The notes under the pieces were generated by a model that was given only the letters and a program-made list of their open reading frames with translations, did no database searches and was not told the DNA's origin. Both the position numbers and the translations under genes were made by a program. Below, one piece after another: positions 9,584-18,070 of a stretch of DNA of 18,096 nt (its first letter is position 1; the number at the start of each line of letters is the position of its first letter). Origin of the DNA: Octopus sinensis (lineage: Eukaryota); assembly GCF_006345805.1 (NCBI RefSeq), contig NW_021824542.1, positions 1 to 18,096 of the forward strand, in the 5' to 3' direction.

Positions 9584-9662
9584 ATAGGCGCAGGAGTGGT
9601 TGTGTGGCAAGTAGCCTGCTTACCAACCACTTGGCTCCGGGTTCAGTCCCACTGCATGGCAC
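9584..9662 (+). mobile_element. SINE-B head only (3'-truncated)
   Basis: ATAGGCGCAGGAGTGGTTGTGTGG...GGTTCAGTCCCACTGCATGGCAC, then an abrupt break. Confidence 0.92.
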
Positions 9663-9687
9663 TCAGATATATATAAATATATGTATA

Positions 9688-9752
9688 TATTTGCCGCTGA
9701 AGAGGAGAAAATTCTTATGAATTAACTCCGAAATTGGACTAATACGGTAATA
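9688..9752 (+). ncRNA. Type I hammerhead ribozyme with complete catalytic core
   Basis: Stem I TTGCCG(9691-96)/CGGTAA(9745-50). CTGAAGA 9697-9703. Stem II GGAG-aa-AATTC-ttat-GAATT-aa-CTCC 9704-9729. GAAA 9730-33. Stem III ATTG/TAAT with GAC loop. Predicted cleavage after AUA at 9744. Confidence 0.8.
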
Positions 9753-10209
9753 ACGAATTTTTTAGAAATTTCTATCGGTTTGTTTCGAGACGCATAAATT
9801 ATGGTTTATTGACAATTTTTGTCTTTTTTTTCGCATATTTGGCATAGAATTTTTCTTTTGCCCTTATATTGTAAATTATATATATAATATATAGTATATA
9901 TATATAATATAGACACACACACACATATGCATATGTATATATAAATACACACACACACACACGTGTTACGTGTAATGATTGATGGGCGAATGTCAATTTT
10001 ATATGCGGCTGCTTCTGGCAACTAGCATTGAATGTAATTGCAGCTGTGAGTATGTTTAATATTAGATAAATAAACCATCAGCTTCATGCAGAACATAGCA
10101 GGAAAACTGGGTGTATAATTATTCAGATTGATAGACAGATGTATGCACAGTTAATAGTGTTGCCAGTTAGCAAGGTGAGTAATTTATCTTGTTGATAGAC
10201 TGTTATACA

Positions 10210-10267
10210 TGGTTATGCATACGTGTGTATATATCTGTATATGTATATATACGCATACATACATACA

Positions 10268-10303
<36 letters not shown>

Positions 10304-10493
10304 TATATACATATATACATACGTACATGTCTATGTATCAATTTATCTATATACATGCATTCATATATATATATGTCTATATACACATATATACACAAAT
10401 TTACGTATAATATATATCCATACTTATATACATACATGCACTTACATATAGATATATACATATATAGATATATTCATATGCTCATACACATAC

Positions 10494-10527
<34 letters not shown>

Positions 10528-10630
10528 GTATGTATGTATGTATGTATGTATGTAAGTATGTATGTATGTATGTATGTGTGTGTATGTATGTATGTATGTA
10601 TATGTGTGTGTTTGAGTGTCTATATATATG
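10210..10630. repeat. (CATA)n ... (TATG)n compound microsatellite with polarity switch
   Basis: (CATA)n at 10254-10295 and (TATG)n at 10497-10602. Confidence 0.92.
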
Positions 10631-10984
10631 TACTCACATGTGCATCTGTGCATTCTCTGCCAGGGTGGAAGTTCTGTGTTTATTCTGACGGAGCACCTGC
10701 TCGCCGATTAGGTTTTAAACAAAAGATAAAGAGATAAAAATATTCTTGCTATTTTGCTAATATTTCTCTCTTGACCATTCCAGTTTGTAGATTCACGCCG
10801 TCTCAGATATGGTGATTAGTTGTAGCGCATGACACACAGTGCTACATCTTATTATTTAGAATCGCAGGTGGTAAGTATGAGACGTTTTCGCATTGCCGTT
10901 TTGGTGCTGCTTATTTAGCATCGCTGATTCGACGCTGACTTATTTGACATCAGATGTCTAAACGATTCTCTCGTTTACTCCATC

Positions 10985-11075
10985 ACCCTCTTTCTCTCCT
11001 TTTCTGTCTTTCCATCCCTCTCTTTCTCTCCTCTCTTTCTCTTTTCTCTTTCTTTCTCTTCCTCTCTTTCTTTTT
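10985..11075. repeat. Polypyrimidine (CT-rich) tract
   Basis: Direct reading. Confidence 0.9.
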
Positions 11076-11912
11076 ATTTGTGCGAGTATATTTTACTTCA
11101 TGTGTATTAGGAAAGTGAAAGTGTTTATGGCAATCAGATTTAGCGACGAGAAAAATCTCCTTTCTTCGCGCTATCTTTCAGTTTGTACGAATATATTTCT
11201 TTGCGCATTCGTGTGTGAGTTTGCCTTCCGTGTCGAAAAAAGTACTGCTACTAAAATAGTTTGCCTGTCCTATCACTTGCACTCCTTGACCACACAACCA
11301 CGTCTGTGCCAAGCTCTGCCTGAATTTCTTTCTCTATTTTTCTTTTAGGCTGTCTTTTAGTAGCGTTCAGTTCGTTCCTTTGTTACGGAAACTGCGACTT
11401 TTAAGTTGAATCTACGGAACCAAATTAGTACATTCCTCAAACAATCTATGTACCTATTGTTTTGTTTCGGGACGGTCATTTTTTCTTTGCCAAATAAACA
11501 CACGCATTATATATTCCTTCTTCACTCGTTTATTACTGTCCTTATTTTAACTGATGTCCATTGTCCGGAAATGTTTCGTCACACATCTGTGGCCTCTTCA
11601 GTGACTCGACACTTTCCGTCCTCGTGTATACTCCTGCTCCACTTAGTCCAAATTAATTTATACACCATTTTGCGTTTAAAATAGGTTAGTTTGTATATTT
11701 TAGTTGTATCGATAAGTTCTTGTTCCAGCAGACGTAGTTTAACGTTCTAAATTTTGTCCCAAGGATTAAAAAAAATGCTTTATTTGTTCCAATTCGTGAA
11801 ATTATTAGATGTGCTACATCGCTAACGACAGAATATGAACTGCTTTCCTGAGTAAATGAAACTTCCATAGTTTTATTTGCACGGGAAATAAGACTGTACA
11901 AAATACTGACCA

Positions 11913-12210
11913 TACAGTAATCTCTCGATATATCGCGGTTCACCTATCGCGGTTTATTATTTAAGCTTACGTCGGTTCCTCCGCGGTGTTGTTTTGCATT
12001 TATAATAAAATAAATTCATACAAGTTATGAAAAAAAATACAGTACATAGGCGCAGGAGTGGCTGTGTGGTAAGTAGCTTGCTTACCAACCACATGGTTCC
12101 GGGTTCAGTCCCACTGCGTGGCACCTTGAGCAAATGCCTTCTACTATAACCTCGGGCCGACCAAAGCCTTGTGAGTGGATTTTGTTGACGGAAACTGAGA
12201 GAAGCCCGCC

Positions 12211-12257
<47 letters not shown>

Positions 12258-12329
12258 ATATATATATGATATATATATATATGTATATATACTATATATA
12301 TATATATATATTATATATATATATATATA

Positions 12330-12382
<53 letters not shown>

Positions 12383-12386
12383 ATAT

Positions 12387-12417
<31 letters not shown>

Positions 12418-12696
12418 CTATATATATATATATATATATATATTGTCTCCCCAACATCGCTTCACAACTGATGCTGGTGTATTTTCGCCCCATAACTTAC
12501 CGGTTCGGCAAAAGTGGCAGATAGAATAAGTACTAGGCTTACAAAGAATAAGTCCTGGGGTCGATTTGCTCGACTAAAGGCGGTGCTCCAGCATGGCCAC
12601 AGTCACATGACTGAAACAAGTAAAAGTGTAAAAGAGTAAAAGAGTAAAAGAGTACAGTACTGTTTCTACTTCGCGGATTTTCACCTATCGCAGGTG
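11913..12696 (+). mobile_element. pogo/Tc1-mariner-type MITE remnant (11915-12045 and 12661-12696) interrupted by a SINE-B
   Basis: TA|CAGTAATCTCTCGATATATCGCGGTTCACCTATCGCGG is a pogo/Tigger-like left end. The internal motif TTCACCTATCGC recurs at 12680-12691. The right TIR is not visible. Confidence 0.65.
12046..12652 (+). mobile_element. SINE-B, full length, (TA)n spacer of about 230 bp, (GTAAAAGA)n tail, 8-bp TSD
   Basis: A/B boxes at 12059-12111. TACAGTAC at 12038-12045 and 12653-12660. Confidence 0.95.
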
Positions 12697-13091
12697 TTAT
12701 CTTCCAAAACTTGTATTCAGCTTTGCACAGGATATTTCCATGATTAAAAGGAGCTTATGGACTAACTTGAAATAAATGTTTATTCATTTAGAGAGCCATG
12801 TCTTCGTTAAAACACGTTCACAAAACATATATATAGGTATTAAGAGAGGATTTAGGACCTTACTCTGATAAAGTGATAGACTATGGAGGAACAAGCCATG
12901 ACACATAAGTCTTTGCAGCTGGACGCAACACATCGTGCTATCGGTAGCCACCTTCAACAAATATTGGCTTTTAGACTACATTAAAGGTACATAAAAGCCT
13001 GGTGGTCGTGTATCATGAGGAAACGGATTTAATCCACCATCCCCAAACGTTGGTACACTACATCCAAGGAACTTCTGTATATTTGCTCTTT

Positions 13092-13364
13092 ATAGGCGCA
13101 AGCGTGGCTGTGTGGTAAGAAGCTTGCTTCCCAACCACTTGGTTCCGGGCTCAGTCTCACTGCGTGGCAACTTGAGCAACTGTCTTGTTCTATAGTTTTG
13201 GCCCGACCAAAGCTTTGTGAGTGGATTTGGTAGACTGAAAGAAGACCATCGTATATATGTCTATGTATATGTGTGTGTGTGTGTGTGTGCGTGTGTGTGT
13301 GCATGCGTTTGAATGTGTCTATGTGTGTGTGTGTGTTTGTCCTTCACCACAACTTGACAACAAG
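13092..13364 (+). mobile_element. SINE-B, 5' module plus (TG)n spacer plus first about 30 nt of the 3' module
   Basis: Homologous to 12046-12470; ends at CTTGACAAC, where a reverse SINE-A begins. Confidence 0.9.
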
Positions 13365-13558
13365 GCCTGAAATTTTTGGGGAGGAGGACAGTCGATTAGA
13401 TCGGTACCAATATGTAACTGGTACTTATTTAATCGACCCCGAAAGGATGAAAGGCAAAGTCGACCTCGGCGGAATTTGAACTGAGAACGTAGCGGCTGAC
13501 GAAATACCGCTAAGCATTTCGCCCTCAGTGCTAACGTTTCTGCCAAGCTCGCCGCCTT
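13364..13558 (-). mobile_element. SINE-A, short-tail form
   Basis: Reverse complement reads AAGGCGGCGAGCTTGGCAGAAACGTTAGCAC...GTTCAAATTCCGCCGAGGTCGAC... Confidence 0.93.
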
Positions 13559-13599
13559 CGCACACATTATATTATCCTTATCATTGATTATTTTAGTAT

Positions 13600-13790
13600 A
13601 AGTAGAAGTAGTTGTGGGAGTATTTCCAGTTGTAGTAGTATTACGAACATTATTATAGTAGTAGCAACAGCAATTGTATAGTTGCAGTAGTAGAAACAGC
13701 AATCACGGTAGTGGTAGTAGTAGTGGTAGTGGTAGTAGTAATAGTAGTAGTCGTTCGTCGTCGTCGTAGTAGTAGTAGTAGTAATATTCA
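13600..13790. repeat. Degenerate (AGT/GGT/CGT)n
   Basis: Direct reading. Confidence 0.9.
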
Positions 13791-13869
13791 CAGTATTCGT
13801 AATAATTATAGTTGTAACAGGAGAAAGGTATGAAAAGTTGTAGGTCTGGTTGTTAAATGAAATATCAAC

Positions 13870-13996
13870 GTTAAGAGAAAGAAACAGTAAGAAGGAGAGA
13901 GAGAGAGAGGGAGAGAGAGGGAGAGAGTGAAGGGAAAAGAGAGGGAGAGAGAGGGGCGAAAGAGAGGGAAAGAATGCGTATGTACGTGTATATGTG

Positions 13997-14035
<39 letters not shown>

Positions 14036-14434
14036 TGTGTGTGTCCGTTCGAAAGAGGGAATAAGAAACAGATATAGATAAAGCTGAAAAGTAAACGAGA
14101 GCCATTGAAGAAGAGAGAAAGAGAGAAAAAAGAAAGGATAGGTAGATAGATAGATAGAGTGAGAGAGAGAGAGAGAAGAAAGAGAGAGAGAGAGATGGGG
14201 GAGACAGAGAGAGGAAGAGTGTGTATGAGTGAGAAAATGAGCTTGAAAGCGGGGAAAAAGAGATAAAGAGAAAGATATAGAGAAAAGGAAATGGAAAGAA
14301 AACAAGAGCCATGTAAGCGATAAGGAAGACATTATCAGTGGAAGTTGTGTTAACAAAACAAAGATAGGTGATGGCACGTGTCTGCCCTTGAGGCTGAAAG
14401 AAAGAAAGAAGGAAGAAAAGAAAGGAAGAAGGTA

Positions 14435-14472
<38 letters not shown>
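13870..14472. repeat. Polypurine (GA)n-rich region with (GT)n, (GATA)n, (GAAA)n and (AAT)n inserts
   Basis: Direct reading. Confidence 0.92.
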
Positions 14473-14473
<1 letters not shown>

Positions 14474-14576
14474 CAAACAAACGCTGCCGCCTGAATTCTT
14501 TGCTGTTCAAGATTAAACGATAAGAAAAATCACGAATGATAAGGTGTAAATATCTCTTCGGTGCCACCGAATGGGA

Positions 14577-14725
14577 TGTTGGTGTTGGTGTTGTTGTTTT
14601 GTTGTTGTGGCTGCTGTTGATGTTGTTGTTGTTGCTACTCTTTGTTGTTATTGTCGTTCTTGTTTAGCCTCAAGTCGACCCTGATCAAGCAGATCTGTGA
14701 TAGCAGCAATTCCTGGCACGAACAT
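14577..14725 (-). mobile_element. Degenerate 3' end of a retroelement with (CAA)n tail
   Basis: Minus strand ...GATCTGCTTGATCAGGGTCGACTTGAGGCTAAACAAG followed by a (CAA)n-type tail. Resembles RTE-type 3' ends by recall only. Confidence 0.45.
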
Positions 14726-14928
14726 ACCAATTCCAAGGAAAATATACCTCAGACTGCATTATTGTATTGCGTGGTTTTTTCTTTTTCTTTAAAAGACAAC
14801 AAAAAAAAAAGAAAAACCAAAAAAAAAAAAAATTGGTAAGGTGTAATTGGTAAGATGCTTAGCTGTTGTTTCTAGCAGGGACCCCTCGTTGGTTCGCCGG
14901 ATTATACCAGAGTTTCGTGGTCTGTATT

Positions 14929-15163
14929 TATTTCTTCACTACCCACAAGGGGCTAAACACAGAGGGGACAAACAAGGACAGACAAACAGATTAAGCCGAT
15001 TACATCGACCCCAGTGCGTAACTGGTACTTAATTTATCGACCCCGAAAGGATGAAAGGCAAAGTCGACCTCGGCGGAATTTGAACTCAGAACGTAGCGAC
15101 AGACGAAAATATGGCTACACATTTCGCCCGGCGTGCTAACGTTTCTGCCAGCTCGCCGCCTTA
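14929..15163 (-). mobile_element. SINE-A, full-length long-tail form with 16-bp TSD
   Basis: TTTCGTGGTCTGTATT at 14913-14928 and 15164-15179; complete head-to-tail copy. Confidence 0.96.
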
Positions 15164-15206
15164 TTTCGTGGTCTGTATTGTATGGTGTAAGATATTACTT
15201 ACAATT

Positions 15207-15420
15207 GCAGAGATGGCAGACTCATTAACATGTCGGACAAAATGCGTAGCATTACTTCGCACGTCTTTACGTTTTGAGTTCAAATTCCGCCGAGGTCAGC
15301 GTTGCCTTTTATTCTATCGGGATCGTAAAAATAAGTACCAGTTGATCATTGGGATCAATGTAATCGATTTATCACCACTCCCGAAATTGCTGGCCTTGTG
15401 TCAAAATTTGAAACCATTAT
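15207..15420 (+). mobile_element. SINE-A, old diverged short-tail copy
   Basis: GAGTTCAAATTCCGCCGAGGTC...AATAAGTACCAGTTG...GGCCTTGTGTCAAAATTTGAAA. Confidence 0.88.
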
Positions 15421-15563
15421 TGTTTGGTGTTGTTGAAGTTATTGTTGTTGTTGTTGCTCTTGTTCCTGTTGCTACTATATAGTTGCTATTCTTCTTGTTG
15501 CTGTTGTAGATTAAACGGTCAGCTGTTGTTTTTGTTGCTGTTCTTATTGATATTATTGTTATC

Positions 15564-16120
15564 AAAGCGGCGAGCTAGCAGAAACGTTATCACGCCAGGC
15601 GAAATGCTTAGCGGTATTTCGTCTGCCGCTACGTTCTGAGTTCAAATTCCGCCGAGGTCCACTTTGCCTTTCATCCTTTCGGGATCGATTAAATAAGTAC
15701 CAGTTACGCACTGGGGTCGATATAATCGACTTAATCCGTTTGTCTGTCCTTGTTTGCCCTCTCTGTGTTTAGCCCCTTGTGGGTAGTAAAGAAATAGGTA
15801 TTTCATTTCCGCCGAGGTCGACTTTGTCTTTCATCCTTTCGGGGTCGATTAAATAAGTACCAGTCATGCACTGGGGTCGATATAATCGACTTAATCCGTT
15901 TGTCTGTCCTTGTTTGTCCGCTCTGTGTTTAGCCCCTTGTGGGTAGTAAAGAAATAGGTATTTCGCCCGTCCCTACGTTCTGAGTTCAAATTCCGCCAAG
16001 GTCAACTCTACCTTCCAACCTTTCGGGATCGATAAAACAAGTACCAGTTGAACATTGGGGTCAATGTAATCGACTCATCCCCACCTTCCCCAACCTGCCC
16101 TTGTGGCAAAAATTTGAAAT
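15564..16120 (+). mobile_element. SINE-A array of three units (15564-15803, 15804-15964, 15965-16120)
   Basis: Two near-identical long-tail units each end ...AAAGAAATAGGTATTTC, followed by a diverged short-tail unit. Confidence 0.93.
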
Positions 16121-16148
16121 AGTGATTGTTGTTGTTGTTGTTGTTGTT

Positions 16149-16360
16149 AAGGCGTTGAGCTGGCAGAGTCGTTAACACGCCGGGCGAAATGCTTAGCCGT
16201 ATTTCGTCTTCCGCTACGTTCAAATACCGCTGAGGTCGACTTTGCCTTTCATTCTTTCAGGGTCGATAAATTAAGTACCAACTGAATACCGGGTTCGATG
16301 AAATCAGGTGGTTCCTTCCCTCATATTTCAGGCTTTGTGCTTATAGTAGAAATTATTATT
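16149..16360 (+). mobile_element. SINE-A, short-tail copy
   Basis: AAGGCGTTGAGCTGGCAGAGTCGTTAACACGCCGGGCGAAATG...GTCGATAAATTAAGTACC. Confidence 0.9.
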
Positions 16361-16400
16361 ATCATTGTTATTATTGTTTTAACTGTTGTTTCTCTTGTCT

Positions 16401-16512
16401 ACCCCGAAAGGATGAAATGCAAAGTCGACCTCGGCGGAATTTGAACTCAGAACGTAACGGCAAACGAAATAGTGCTAAACATTTCGGCCGGCGTGCTAAC
16501 GTTTCTGCCAGT
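16401..16512 (-). mobile_element. SINE-A, 5' half only
   Basis: ACCCCGAAAGGATGAAATGCAAAGTCGACCTCGGCGGAATTTGAACTC...GCTAACGTTTCTGCCAG. Confidence 0.92.
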
Positions 16513-16839
16513 TCTTTGTCTTGAAGGCGGTACATTAATGCACTAAGTCGCCCTCAATCACGCTTAAAATCTGGTCTTGGTCTACTTTAGATAGATGTTC
16601 TAATCAGAATGAAGGATCCCCCGCCCATTCATTACCTCAAATATTTCTAGGGTCCAGAGCACTGTTGCTTCGAAATCATTGGCCCTGTACGATTTGTACA
16701 TTCCTCCCTTTGATGGACATGTTTCTGATTTGCAATCCTGCTGAGCAACATAATGGCGCCCACCGAATTTTATCGTCGACAAGCAAAAAGCATGTAACAA
16801 GATGTATTCCAAATGTATACAGAAACAAACCTACAAAAA

Positions 16840-17030
16840 CACACACGCGCACTCATACACGCACGCATGCACACACACACATACACACAGGCACACACAT
16901 ACACACAGGCACACACATGCATGTAAATGTACATATGTAAGTACAAATATATATACACACTCACATATATTTACATATATATCCAGATGCATATGTTCAT
17001 GTGTATATATATATATAACGCATATGTCCG
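16840..17030. repeat. (CA)n/(TA)n compound microsatellite
   Basis: Direct reading. Confidence 0.9.
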
Positions 17031-17065
17031 GCCATCATCATGATTAATCGCTAGTCACTAAAGCA

Positions 17066-17248
17066 TTTTTATTCTCTCTCTCTTTTACTTGTATCAGTCA
17101 TTTGACTGCGGCCATGCTGGAGCCTTTAGTCGAGCAAATCGACCCCAGGACTTATTCTTTGTTAGCCGAGTACTTATTCTATCGGTCTCTTTTGGGGGGA
17201 CAAACACAGACACACAAACATATATACACACTTACACACACACACACA

Positions 17249-17289
<41 letters not shown>

Positions 17290-17490
17290 ACACATATATA
17301 TATATATATATAAATACATATAAACGACGAGTTTCTTTCAATTTCCGTCTACCAAATCCATTCACAAAGCTTTGGTCGGCCCGAGGCTATAGTAGAAGAC
17401 ACTTGCCCAAGGTGCCACGCAGTGGGACTGAACCCGGAACCATGTGGTTGGTACGCAAGCTACTTACCACACTGCCATTCCTGCGCCTAT
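17066..17490 (-). mobile_element. SINE-B, near full length, with an internal deletion of about 60 bp in the 3' module
   Basis: Head 17490-17330, (CA)/(TA) spacer. CTCTTTTG joins directly to GGGGGACAAAC, whereas other copies have GCCGAACC...GATGGTG in between. Confidence 0.93.
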
Positions 17491-17494
17491 GCTT

Positions 17495-17630
17495 ATTTCC
17501 TCATATTCCTTTATGTTGAAGAGCGTAGCTCGAAACGTAAAAGACATTCTCACCTTCCCGAGCATTAAACTAATACACCTGTTTGTTATTTACACACCTG
17601 TCTTCGTTTTTTGTTCTTTGTAAATTCCAA
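17495..17630 (+). mobile_element. Penelope-like terminal-repeat-type segment with degenerate minimal hammerhead (17509-17543)
   Basis: CTTT-ATGTTGA-A-GAGC gta GCTC-GAAA-CGT-A-AAAG, then a T-rich tract and microsatellite. Confidence 0.55.
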
Positions 17631-17981
17631 ACGCACGCACACACACACAAGCACATACACACACACACACACGCACGCACACACACACATACACACACAC
17701 ATATATATATATTTATACATACACATACACACATACACACACACACATATATATATGGATATATACATAAATTTAATACATGAGTGTGTATTAATTTTTT
17801 ATGTATATATTAATGCATATATATAAATATGTTTTGAGATATATGTATATATCTATTTATATATATATATATCAATATATGTGCGTGTGTATAGATACGT
17901 ATATATATACATATATATACATATGCACATACATACATGCATACATACATACACAACACACACACACACATACACACACAT

Positions 17982-18017
<36 letters not shown>

Positions 18018-18070
18018 TTATATATAAATGCCTGTGTATATATATGTATGGATGTATGTATTTTGTACAT
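17630..18070. repeat. (CA)n/(TA)n/(CATA)n compound microsatellite
   Basis: Direct reading. Confidence 0.93.

Larger units (their letters stand above)
8955..9662. repeat. Interrupted inverted duplication centred on (TA)n
   Basis: Outer arms 8955-9078 and 9536-9662. Inner arms 9196-9225 and 9341-9370 (29/30 match). (TA)n at 9229-9278. Confidence 0.9.

Noticed and set aside
9722-9743. TTAACT..GAAA/TTGGACTAAT shared between the hammerhead and the inner inverted repeat (9341-9369)
   Set aside because: Short AT-rich match needing a gap; cannot be separated from chance.
10655-10720. Acceptor TTCTCTGCCAG followed by WKFCVYSDGAPARRLG
   Set aside because: Only a weak donor (AG|GTTTTA), and the peptide is not recognised.
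11320-11420. Strong acceptor-like pyrimidine tract ending TTTTAG at 11348
   Set aside because: All frames close within about 60 nt and no good donor follows.
12046-12120. tRNA gene calls for SINE heads
   Set aside because: A and B boxes are present but there is no full cloverleaf, and each continues into SINE body sequence.
14548-14564. Small perfect hairpins (TTCGGTG-C-CACCGAA here; CAGACGA/TCGTCTG at about 2246-2267)
   Set aside because: Isolated 7-bp stems are expected by chance in 18 kb; intrinsic terminators do not apply here.
13806-14567. 253-aa and 201-aa minus-strand ORFs
   Set aside because: Derived from GA/GT/AAT simple repeats.
16560-16830. Unique segment with open frames on both strands
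   Set aside because: No recognisable motif and no convincing acceptor/donor pair; left unassigned.
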